Assembly: GCA_044507735.1 (NCBI GenBank)
Contig: JBIQJB010000027.1
Location: forward strand, 8,533-24,462
DNA from: Nitrosopumilales archaeon
Lineage (GTDB): Archaea; Thermoproteota; Nitrososphaeria; Nitrososphaerales; Nitrososphaeraceae
Direction of reading: 5' to 3'
Length of the DNA: 15,930 nt
Shown piece after piece: positions 7,159 to 15,444 of the stretch. A program made the translations under genes and the position numbers. The notes under the pieces were generated by a model. The model was not told where the DNA came from. It did no database searches and saw nothing but the letters and a program-made list of their open reading frames with translations. The first letter of the stretch is position 1, and each line of letters opens with the position of its first letter.

Positions 7159-8523
7159 GTGGCTCAGATACGTGCTGACAAAGTACAGACAAGAAAAAGC
7201 AGACTAAGGGTTAAGGGATTAAAGGTCAAGGATAGAGAGAAGATCAAAGAAGCTATTGCAATCAGCATCCGAAACGGTAATTACACAACAAGAGAAATTG
7301 GCGTTGACATAGGCAAGGACCATAGCACTATATCGCGATATCTAGGTGAAATGGAAAGAGAAGGTACTTGGGGAATAAAGCGCGATGTCAACGGAAATAT
7401 CGTTATATCACTACAAAAACAGATAGAGCAAGCTTATCAAAAGTTAGATAGAGCACCGTTCAATAAACTGCCAGCTATACAGAAGTGGTTAGTATATTTG
7501 AAGTCTGGCAGGCTACAAGCTTCCCGCATTCAGTACGTTGTAAACATTGTACATGGGATATCTGACCAGCTTAAGGTGATGCCAGAGACGCTAGTTAGCT
7601 ATGGCATACCGATTGACTCGACAAAGAGAAAAGAAATAGCTATTGAATACTGGCAGAATTTCTTGGCATGGTTCAATACCGCGTACCCGCAGATGCAGCA
7701 TATAAACACCGTCAACGCGTACAGAAGCTTTCTTGCAGCTCACAGCATCAACTTTGCACATGGTGAGGGCAAAAGGTACGGGCTATCTACAACATCAGAG
7801 AGATTAGGAGAGTACAAAGATATCCTCTTGACGCCAGAACAGATTGCGGCAATTAACAAGAGACTTGAAAATGAACGCGATTGGGAATCTTGGAGCTTCA
7901 TGAACATTGACCTGCATACAGGAGCTAGGGCTTTTGCAATGGCATCTATGAACCGGGACAGAATAGCCTTTTCTCCACTGTTTAGAGTGGAACAGTTCGA
8001 GTCCAAGATAAAGCGTGGTGACTGGTATCTGACTAGAGAAGGCAAGTGGTGGGTAAAGTACCCAACAGAAGAATGCAGAGCTGTTGTAGAGACAGCTTAT
8101 GACAAACTTCCAAAAGGAAGGAAATTCCTGTTCTTTGAAGATGCAAAGAGTGAGAAGGCAAATGCTCTGCAAGCTTCTTATTTCATGTCAAAAATGGCTG
8201 TCAAATTCAAAAAGATATTTTCAGAGCTTGACAGAAATAGTTGGTTAAATGAGAAGACTAGGATATACGCGCTTGGCGATGGTCTGTACTTTAATGGGCA
8301 TCCATTGCATCTATTCAGGCATACTATGGCTCAGTACTATCTAGCTGCCACAAATTGGTCGCTCGCATATGTGGCAAGCTTGGGTGGTTGGGAGAATACA
8401 GAAGTGTTAAACAAGTGTTATGGAGGCATTCCAGAGCATATCAAAGCGCAAATAGCCAAGTGTGTTCATGTCAAGTTTGATACTCTTGATCTCAACACTA
8501 CGGTTAAACTTGTTTCGGTCTAG
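7159..8523 (+). CDS. tyrosine recombinase/integrase with N-terminal HTH
   Basis: Catalytic set R (HTGAR), K (ESK), HxxR (HLFRH), W (LGGW), Y (NKCY). N-terminal wHTH-like TTREIGVDIGKDHSTISRYLGEME. Adjacent to attL. Confidence 0.92.
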   Translation: MAQIRADKVQTRKSRLRVKGLKVKDREKIKEAIAISIRNGNYTTREIGVDIGKDHSTISRYLGEMEREGTWGIKRDVNGNIVISLQKQIEQAYQKLDRAPFNKLPAIQKWLVYLKSGRLQASRIQYVVNIVHGISDQLKVMPETLVSYGIPIDSTKRKEIAIEYWQNFLAWFNTAYPQMQHINTVNAYRSFLAAHSINFAHGEGKRYGLSTTSERLGEYKDILLTPEQIAAINKRLENERDWESWSFMNIDLHTGARAFAMASMNRDRIAFSPLFRVEQFESKIKRGDWYLTREGKWWVKYPTEECRAVVETAYDKLPKGRKFLFFEDAKSEKANALQASYFMSKMAVKFKKIFSELDRNSWLNEKTRIYALGDGLYFNGHPLHLFRHTMAQYYLAATNWSLAYVASLGGWENTEVLNKCYGGIPEHIKAQIAKCVHVKFDTLDLNTTVKLVSV

Positions 8524-8620
8524 TGCAAAGCTATCTGGGATAACAATTCTAGTAACTTAAAAGAAGATTAATCATATAGAAATGTTTTTCTTTATTCTTG
8601 TTAATGGACAGATAGCATAC

Positions 8621-9382
8621 TTGGGGAAGCATTACGAAAATTGCGTCAAATGTGGCAGAAAGGTCGAGTATAAAGGTGAGTACTCATCCGAGATTCCACA
8701 GGTAGTATGTCACGAATGTTCCCACTGTGACGCATGCGGTGGACTCACGAACAATAAGAAAAATGGACTTTGTGGAGATTGTCGGACTGTAATTGCACAA
8801 AAGGCAAAAGAAATTTTCTTTAACGTCCTAGATGGTGTTTCAATAAGCAAGCAGCAAAGAAATGGAGTCACATTTACTATCTACTTTGCCAAAGACATTG
8901 ATAGCAAGCTCAGAGTATTAGAAAGGGTCGATCTGGCTGACAAGCAGGAAAAGAAAGGCAGATGGAGTCTGTTTAAGAAAAATGAAGCGGAAAGGAAGTC
9001 ATTAACTCAACCATTCCACATTCTTTCAACTTTGCTCAAAAAGACTCCCATAAGCAGCAATACGGTCAAAATAGAAGTGAACCTTACTTTCAAGCAGAGA
9101 TTTGGATCATTGATTTCTGGCGGCAATTATGACTATAGGCAGGGAATAGATGAGGGATATACTGTTCATGTGGTAGCAGAAAGTGACGATAGTTGTACAA
9201 TTCCAATAATCACCAAAATCCTCAGAGAGGAGCTAAAATTCGGCTGTCATGTCAGTAACAGAACTATCGATGGTTTTCTGCCATTTGTAAATCCAACGCC
9301 GGAAGGCGAAGAAAAGTTAGCACAAGAAGTAATAAAGAATGTTATTGCAGCCTTCGATCCGGGACAACATAGGGTTCTGTAG
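8621..9382 (+). CDS. hypothetical protein with N-terminal multi-CxxC zinc-binding domain
   Basis: CVKC, CHEC, CDAC and CGDC motifs. TTG 8621 chosen as start (track start ATG 8582) because the paralogous microprotein at 9647-9808 aligns from KH onward. Confidence 0.8.
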   Translation: MGKHYENCVKCGRKVEYKGEYSSEIPQVVCHECSHCDACGGLTNNKKNGLCGDCRTVIAQKAKEIFFNVLDGVSISKQQRNGVTFTIYFAKDIDSKLRVLERVDLADKQEKKGRWSLFKKNEAERKSLTQPFHILSTLLKKTPISSNTVKIEVNLTFKQRFGSLISGGNYDYRQGIDEGYTVHVVAESDDSCTIPIITKILREELKFGCHVSNRTIDGFLPFVNPTPEGEEKLAQEVIKNVIAAFDPGQHRVL

Positions 9383-9464
9383 CATCTTCGTTTGATTTCC
9401 TGCCTGTTGCATCGCGTTTGATCAAAATTTGTTTATATAGAAATTAACTCTCCAATTATCCTGC

Positions 9465-9650
9465 TTGGTAGATTATCATACTCTGCATGGGGATAGTCCT
9501 TGCCAATGTCCAAAATGTAGGGAAGCAAGAAAAAATCTAACATGGGAACCGACTCCACAAACGCCTATAACATGCCAGTGTCCTAAGTGCAAAGGTCTAC
9601 GCGCTCACCCTGCCGAAGAACCGAAAAAGGAAAAGCGCAAGTGGTTTTAA
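9465..9650 (+). CDS. Cys-rich microprotein with two CQCPKC repeats
   Basis: 61 aa. TATA-like TTTATATA at 9432-9439, about 25 nt before a leaderless TTG. Confidence 0.7.
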   Translation: MVDYHTLHGDSPCQCPKCREARKNLTWEPTPQTPITCQCPKCKGLRAHPAEEPKKEKRKWF

Positions 9651-9808
9651 TTTTCGCTAAAAACTCCTTTCAACTTCTTACCACACTCATGGCATAGTAT
9701 CTCGGCAGGTTCCTGTCCGTACGGGCTTTCATATTCAACACGCGCACCACATTTAGCGCAGTTTTGAAAATGCTTGACCGGATAGTATTTTTTGCGCCTC
9801 TTGAGCAT
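9647..9808 (-). CDS. Zn-ribbon microprotein (53 aa, not in ORF track), paralog of the N-terminus of 8621..9382
   Basis: Manual translation: MLKRRKKYYPVKHFQNCAKCGARVEYESPYGQEPAEILCHECGKKLKGVFSEN*. Aligns ungapped to KHYENCVKCGRKVEYKGEYSSEIPQVVCHEC. Confidence 0.8.
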   Translation of the reverse strand: MLKRRKKYYPVKHFQNCAKCGARVEYESPYGQEPAEILCHECGKKLKGVFSEN

Positions 9809-9866
9809 TTTCTTAAGGTTATGGCAGCCTGCTTATATAGTCAATTGCCGTGTTAGTTTAGCTAGA

Positions 9867-10433
9867 TTGGGATTATTCGACTCAATATTTGGAAAGAAAC
9901 ACAACGTAGAGCGAGGTAAGGAAGTTGAACAAGACTTCAAGGCACAGAGAGAAATAATGGGAGAAAAGGTTGAGCGAACAGGAATAGGCTCTGATTATAA
10001 AATTACTCATCCAGCCAATCCAATTCTAGGTCGCAGAAAACGATCTGAATATTGGGATACAAAACGTAATGATTCACCTGTATCTGAAAGACAAAAACAA
10101 ACACGGGGACTAAAGATTTATCGTCATTACGATCCTTCTCCCGAAAGACCACTTGGTGAAACCAGAATTGAAAACACTAATGGTGACAAATTGGAATATG
10201 ATTATCTTAAGGGCAACTACGTAAAGGCAAAGAAACAAAATAATGATTTCTTCAGTTACGGCTCTTCAACTCCTCGGAAGCGAAAGTCAAACTCATGGGA
10301 TCCGTTTGGCTCAGGGTCATCCTCTCGTAGACGCAATGATGATTTACTAGGTGGATTCAGCGCTGATAACATGTTTGGAGGCGGATCATCTGGAAGAAGA
10401 CGAAAGCGTAAGAACGACCTTTGGGGATTCTAA
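9867..10433 (+). CDS. putative PD-(D/E)XK-fold nuclease-like protein with low-complexity S/R/G tail
   Basis: RGKEVE...VERTGIGSDY...YWDTK...SERQ matches the E..D..(D/E)xK arrangement of restriction-endonuclease/Hjc-like folds. TTG 9867 follows TATA CTTATATA 9832-9839 (track start 9792). Confidence 0.6.
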   Translation: MGLFDSIFGKKHNVERGKEVEQDFKAQREIMGEKVERTGIGSDYKITHPANPILGRRKRSEYWDTKRNDSPVSERQKQTRGLKIYRHYDPSPERPLGETRIENTNGDKLEYDYLKGNYVKAKKQNNDFFSYGSSTPRKRKSNSWDPFGSGSSSRRRNDDLLGGFSADNMFGGGSSGRRRKRKNDLWGF

Positions 10434-10617
10434 GAGAAGTCGCGTTAGCAAAAACAGAAGAAATTAAGACTCCAATAATGAGATTTTTGCAGATAGAAGA
10501 AAAGCTGAAAAGGCGTTTTGGAACAAAGACAAGTTAATGTCCCCTGTTTTTTGTTAGTAAAAAAACACTATACTATCTACTTAAATATTCGACTATTGTT
10601 TTCTTTGGTTAAACTCC

Positions 10618-10791
10618 ATGAGCGGACATAGCAGACGATGGGATGACCGGGATAGGCAGTATGAGAACTCGCAAATTTATGGAGGTGCTTATTCCAGATA
10701 CGGTCAGACACCATGCAGATGTCCTGCATGTAATCACAAATTCCATTATGAGTGCGTCAGTGCGAGATGCAAGTGCTGCGCAGGTGGTTGA
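10618..10791 (+). CDS. Cys/His-rich microprotein (57 aa, not in ORF track)
   Basis: MSGHSRRWDDRDRQYENSQIYGGAYSRYGQTPCRCPACNHKFHYECVSARCKCCAGG*. TATA-like CTTAAATA 10580-10587. The stop directly abuts the TTG of the J-domain gene. Confidence 0.7.
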   Translation: MSGHSRRWDDRDRQYENSQIYGGAYSRYGQTPCRCPACNHKFHYECVSARCKCCAGG

Positions 10792-12042
10792 TTGAGCAGG
10801 AGGTCTGAAACGAAGGATGGTAATAATCGGTGGAATTACTATTCTTCTGGCGATTCTCCGAATCTGAGCCGTTACGATTGCTACTCCATACTAGGGATTA
10901 CGCATAATGCCGATGAACATGAAATAAGACGAGCGTACAGGCGGCTCGCGCTACTTTACCATCCCGATCGCAGCAAAGACCCAGAGGCTACAAATATCTT
11001 TAGAGTAATTCAGATGGCGTATGACACTTTAATAGATAAGGGAAAGCGGCGCTCTTATGACTCGACAATTCCGGCTATCGGAACCATGAAATCTGAAACA
11101 ACAATCAAGGTCATTCTTGAAGGTACGCTCACGGAAGGTTTCTTGCTTGATGATCGTGCGGCAATTAGCATTGCAGGTTCAGACGAGGCTATAGTGTTTG
11201 AGAATAGCATTACAGTCCCGATAGCGTGGATTCACAGTCAGGGAGAGCATAGACAATACTCTATATTCACAGATGTGGCATTTGAAAGGTTATTCCGCGC
11301 TGTCTACAAATTGATGGATCCAAAGGCTGATCTGGATGATTTAGAAGTATACGGTGTTCCTGAACTACGAGCACACTTTGATGCACGGTTTTGGAATAGA
11401 GGACAGACGAATGTGTCGGTTTATTGTTACAGTTCTATGAGTTTCACAATCATCGACGGCGTGCCATATCTGTACATGCATGGAGCAAAGTATCATCACA
11501 GTCGCTATGAAATTACAATGGACTTCTACATGAAGCTGAAAGAAGTAATTCAGAATGCAATCAAGGCGGAGCTAACTGGAACAGTTGAACCCCCTGTAGA
11601 TGTTAATCCTCCAACAATGTTTGAGCCCATAAAACACATTAGCGAGCTGAAACTTCCGCCAAAAGAAATATGCATGGCATTTGCAAGGCTTTGCAGAACG
11701 CAATCTGCACAGGCAGCTGTTGAGTTTCTGTCGAAGATATACGGAGTCCCGGCAATGAAGACAGTGTTTCAGCACAGGTTTCCTGTTAACGACATGGTGT
11801 GCAGGGATGCGATTGCAGTGTATTACACAGACGATATGACCGCGTATTTCAAACCTGAAGGAACAAGTATGAGGACTATCTTGCATGAATTTTATCATCA
11901 TCTTGTCAACTGCTATGGTGTGAAAGATATGCTGGACTATCAGATTCTTCCTGATCCTGTTACTGGATACTATGCCCGTAATGAAAGAGAAGAGAGGGCT
12001 GCCGACAGCTTTGCTGAGACATTCGTCAGGAGAGTTTTGTAA
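10792..12042 (+). CDS. DnaJ J-domain protein fused to a C-terminal zincin-like (HEXXH) metallopeptidase domain
   Basis: YSILGI...EIRRAYRRLALLYHPD...AYDTLID..KRRSYD is a J-domain with intact HPD. ILHEFYHH followed by EERAADSFA is the HEXXH plus downstream ExxAD/N pattern of ImmA/IrrE-like peptidases. Confidence 0.85.
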   Translation: MSRRSETKDGNNRWNYYSSGDSPNLSRYDCYSILGITHNADEHEIRRAYRRLALLYHPDRSKDPEATNIFRVIQMAYDTLIDKGKRRSYDSTIPAIGTMKSETTIKVILEGTLTEGFLLDDRAAISIAGSDEAIVFENSITVPIAWIHSQGEHRQYSIFTDVAFERLFRAVYKLMDPKADLDDLEVYGVPELRAHFDARFWNRGQTNVSVYCYSSMSFTIIDGVPYLYMHGAKYHHSRYEITMDFYMKLKEVIQNAIKAELTGTVEPPVDVNPPTMFEPIKHISELKLPPKEICMAFARLCRTQSAQAAVEFLSKIYGVPAMKTVFQHRFPVNDMVCRDAIAVYYTDDMTAYFKPEGTSMRTILHEFYHHLVNCYGVKDMLDYQILPDPVTGYYARNEREERAADSFAETFVRRVL

Positions 12043-12046
12043 TTAG

Positions 12047-13363
12047 ATGGTAAATTATACTTGGGGCGATAAATGGGACGAGCGCGAAAAGGAAGAACAA
12101 CTTAGACGATATTACGGACCCGGTGGCGGTTATAGAGGTGGTAGCTCCAGTGGTGGCGGCTCTGGTGGTGGGAAAGGATACACAAGCTATCCCAGACGTG
12201 GAGGTCATACTGGAAGAAATATAGGCATCGTACTCGTAGCTGTGGCGGCTATCGGGGGACTGATATTCTTTTTCAACCCCCTAGGAATAGACTTCTTTGA
12301 TAATCGCACTGCTAATAATGAAAGCACTTCAAATATTCCAGCAGGAAACGCAGGCGATAACAAGCACGAACCTGAGACCACAAAGGTAGAGTACGTCGTT
12401 GAAACAAGGACGCTTACTGTGCTCAATGCTGGAGCTTTCCTGAGCGCAGATGATGTCAGATCATTTAATCTACAGATACCAAACAAGGACGTTAGCAAGC
12501 TCGAAGGGACGATCACTGTCGATGGAGAGCAATTTGTTAATGTTGAGTTCCAAGATGCTTTTGGCGGCGTATATTGCGATCAATGCTCATACAAGGTGTA
12601 TGGCGAAAGCTCAGGCAAGGCGGAGAGCGCACAGAATAACAAGGTTGACATACCAGTTGATTCAGGCGATGCATTGAAACTTCTTATTTCAAATGGAGGA
12701 GACGCAGAACTCCAGACAGTCAGCATCAATCTCTATGTTACATATGAGGAAACGGTTGAGAAAGTCATTCAACCAGTTGCGGAGGAGGAACAGACAGAAC
12801 CAGAAGTAACTCCTGTAGTAGCGGAAGAGGAACCAGAGACAGAACAGCCTCAATCAAAGCCGGAACCTGCATCGGGCATCGGTAGAAATATTGACCCTGA
12901 TGAACTTGCAGCCAGGATACACGACCTCATCAATGAAGAAAGGGTGAGTCGCGGTTTAGCAGCTCTCAATTGGGATTCAAAACTAGCTGGCATTGCCGAA
13001 AGGCACAGCGAGGATATGGCTGAAAACAACTATTTTGAACACGATAACCTAAAAGGTCAAGACCCTACTGCAAGAGCGGAGGCCGCCGGATATGATTGTC
13101 GAAAGAACTTTGGCAGCTACTATACCGTTGGCATTGCTGAGAATATCTTCCAAGCGTGGACATACGATTCTATCACTTACATCAACGGCATCCCGTTTTA
13201 TGATTGGACCACACTTGAAAAGCTCGCAAATGATGTAGTGCAGGGATGGATGGGCAGTCCGGGACACAGACAAAACATACTCGATGAACAGTATGACAGG
13301 CAAGGCATAGGCGCAGCAATAGCATTGAATGACAAGATTTACATCACTGAGGACTTTTGTTAA
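12047..13363 (+). CDS. membrane-anchored CAP (SCP/PR-1) domain protein
   Basis: Gly-rich N-terminus, TM helix IGIVLVAVAAIGGLIFFF, acidic P/E linker, then CAP motifs INEER, AERHSEDM, AENI and WMGSPGHRQNIL. Confidence 0.9.
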   Translation: MVNYTWGDKWDEREKEEQLRRYYGPGGGYRGGSSSGGGSGGGKGYTSYPRRGGHTGRNIGIVLVAVAAIGGLIFFFNPLGIDFFDNRTANNESTSNIPAGNAGDNKHEPETTKVEYVVETRTLTVLNAGAFLSADDVRSFNLQIPNKDVSKLEGTITVDGEQFVNVEFQDAFGGVYCDQCSYKVYGESSGKAESAQNNKVDIPVDSGDALKLLISNGGDAELQTVSINLYVTYEETVEKVIQPVAEEEQTEPEVTPVVAEEEPETEQPQSKPEPASGIGRNIDPDELAARIHDLINEERVSRGLAALNWDSKLAGIAERHSEDMAENNYFEHDNLKGQDPTARAEAAGYDCRKNFGSYYTVGIAENIFQAWTYDSITYINGIPFYDWTTLEKLANDVVQGWMGSPGHRQNILDEQYDRQGIGAAIALNDKIYITEDFC

Positions 13364-13364
13364 A

Positions 13365-13910
13365 ATGACAGCATCCTCAGAGCCGACTCAAGGAGAAGAG
13401 TTGTGGCAGACATCTAGCACTGGAAGACAACATTGCAAGTGGGATCGCCTACCAGAAAATTTGAAGACTCGGATCAAAAGAGAGGATGGGTTTGAAATCA
13501 AGATAGGGGATTACTTCTATGAATATCATCGCTTTAGCGGCAATGTCTATCGTTGGAAAAAAGATGTGCCAGCAGCTCAATCGAATATAGAGAGGGGCGT
13601 ATGCCACTTTTGCGGGAAAAATGAACCATTCGCTTATGTCTGCACTTATTGCAATCAGAACTTCTGTCTTAAGCACAGGCTTGCAGAAATGCATGATTGC
13701 ATCAAGACCCGTTATGTAAAATACATAAGGAAGGACTGGTTGAGAAAGTACGGTCAAAATATTACTACTGGAATGTACTATGTAGTATGTGATCAGTGCG
13801 GTTATGAATCAGACTATGGTCTCATAGAAGTTGCAGGTGCGATGCTGGTTGAACATATCAAAGCTAAAGGTTGTGATGAATCAAAGATATTCTTGCAGGG
13901 TGGGGGCTGA
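13365..13910 (+). CDS. AN1-type zinc-finger protein
   Basis: CHFC-x9-CTYC-x3-FCLKHR-x3-MHDC is the AN1 Zn-finger pattern, with an extra CDQC..H..C site. ATG 13365 lies 1 nt after the CAP stop (track start 13329). Confidence 0.85.
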   Translation: MTASSEPTQGEELWQTSSTGRQHCKWDRLPENLKTRIKREDGFEIKIGDYFYEYHRFSGNVYRWKKDVPAAQSNIERGVCHFCGKNEPFAYVCTYCNQNFCLKHRLAEMHDCIKTRYVKYIRKDWLRKYGQNITTGMYYVVCDQCGYESDYGLIEVAGAMLVEHIKAKGCDESKIFLQGGG

Positions 13911-13945
13911 GCTGGTTCATACATGGAAAGGCAATAGATGTTATT

Positions 13946-14014
13946 TGTTGCATCTAATATTGCCCCTAGTTTAACTGCCTCTCGTTATGCAACATAACGG
14001 TAAATCGACTAGTC
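13946..14014 (+). repeat. internal copy of the element right end
   Basis: 13946-13994 matches 15445-15493 at 40/49 positions with no gaps (manual count), including TGTTGCAT and GTTATGCAACA. Confidence 0.85.
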
Positions 14015-14040
14015 CATATCAACCTGAGCCTTGATATTTT

Positions 14041-14087
14041 GGTTTATAAACCTATATTAGTTGATAAACTCCATTACGTTTATAAAC
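14041..14087. promoter_or_regulatory. three GTTTATAAAC-type palindromes at 18-bp period upstream of the ATPase
   Basis: GTTTATAAAC 14042-14051, GTTGATAAAC 14060-14069, GTTTATAAAC 14078-14087. Confidence 0.65.
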
Positions 14088-14102
14088 TAAAAAATTAAGA
14101 TC

Positions 14103-15386
14103 ATGGTTGAAATAACAATGGGAAATGTCTGGGAAGACCTCGGATTTACAGGCAATCCATACGATCCCCGCGCACTGTCAATAAGCGACGAGGACAGAAA
14201 ACTACTAATCGACAGAACTGACGAACTACGGATGTTAACTACTCTGGCCAATTCTGGCAGCAGAGGTATCATAATAGTAGAAGGAGGCATTGGAGTTGGA
14301 AAAACTAGCTTGGTTAATGCCATGCAGTATGATTTGTTACATCAGAAAAAGAACAAAATTCTGCCAGCATTTCAAAAGATTGAACTCACGAATGACAACA
14401 TAGAACCCAAGAGTTTCACCCTCTCCACATTTTCTAACATGATATTCAGTCTTGAAAAATTAACGAATACAGACTTGGCAAAACAAACAGGTATATTGAA
14501 GGAAGGAAAGTTGCTGGTTGCTCAAACCATCCAATCTGGCTTTGCAGGAAATCTCCAAGCCTTTGGTTTTGGTGGTGGAATGTCACGTAGCCCGTCTACC
14601 AGTCAACCGGCCGCTGTAACATTGCCTGCGATATTGAATACAATGGATAGATGGGTAGAATATGTATCAAAGAATACCGAATATGATGGGCCGGCAGTTA
14701 TCCCTGTGAATAATATGGATGTCTTGGATGACAAGGAAATCGTATCTTTTCTTAACTCAATGCGAGACACCATTATTGATAGACCGCATATCGTTTGGAT
14801 ACTGATAGGAAGAAAAGGTCTGTTCTCTTTGCTTGAAAGTGAAGCTAGAAGGGTTAGCGAAATAATAACAGGCCAACCTGTGGTACTCCAACCGCTAACA
14901 TTACAAGATGTATACAACGCGATAAAGGTGCGTATCGAATTGCTAAGCCGAGACAAGAAAAGTAGAGATAGTGTAGTCTCTGACGAGATAGTAAAGATTC
15001 TGTATGACACTTCACAAGGAGAGATACGATATGTTTTCAAAAGAATAACTGATATCATACTCAGATTTAGAGGACAATTCCCGTCAATTTCAAAAATTCC
15101 ATTAGATGTTGCAAAATCGATGATCATCGATTTTGCAAAGTCACGAATAGATGCACTGAATTTATCTCCAAAAGAAATAGCTGTGCTCAAAAACATTGTC
15201 AAAAAGGGGTCAATGCGAACAAGGGAATACCAGAGTGTAGGACTGCAAACTCCTCAAGCATTGAATAAGTATCTTGCAAGCTTTTACAAACAGAATTTGG
15301 TGGTAAAGGAGTATGGAGAAGGGAGAGCTGTCTACTATAGACCAACAGCAGATACAATCTTTGCCCTCCAAGACACCACTAAATAA
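14103..15386 (+). CDS. AAA+/P-loop ATPase with C-terminal winged HTH
   Basis: N-terminal WEDLGFTGNPY, Walker A GGIGVGKT, atypical Walker B VIPVNNMD, GEIR motif, and C-terminal wHTH (LSPKEIAVL...ALNKYLASFYKQNLVVK...RAVYYRPT). Possible alternative start ATG 14118. Confidence 0.85.
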   Translation: MVEITMGNVWEDLGFTGNPYDPRALSISDEDRKLLIDRTDELRMLTTLANSGSRGIIIVEGGIGVGKTSLVNAMQYDLLHQKKNKILPAFQKIELTNDNIEPKSFTLSTFSNMIFSLEKLTNTDLAKQTGILKEGKLLVAQTIQSGFAGNLQAFGFGGGMSRSPSTSQPAAVTLPAILNTMDRWVEYVSKNTEYDGPAVIPVNNMDVLDDKEIVSFLNSMRDTIIDRPHIVWILIGRKGLFSLLESEARRVSEIITGQPVVLQPLTLQDVYNAIKVRIELLSRDKKSRDSVVSDEIVKILYDTSQGEIRYVFKRITDIILRFRGQFPSISKIPLDVAKSMIIDFAKSRIDALNLSPKEIAVLKNIVKKGSMRTREYQSVGLQTPQALNKYLASFYKQNLVVKEYGEGRAVYYRPTADTIFALQDTTK

Positions 15387-15444
15387 ATGCAAAATATGTG
15401 ATAGAGAGCATTTTTACGAAGGAATACACTTTGATTTCTGATTC

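Noticed and set aside
6941-7159. 72-aa ORF upstream of the integrase
   Set aside because: It overlaps the arm-site and promoter region, has AT-driven hydrophobic composition and no motif, so it is probably spurious.
1792-12042. Hsp90-like ATPase and J-domain protein as one chaperone system
   Set aside because: They lie on opposite sides of the attL boundary in compositionally distinct DNA, so the proximity is likely incidental.
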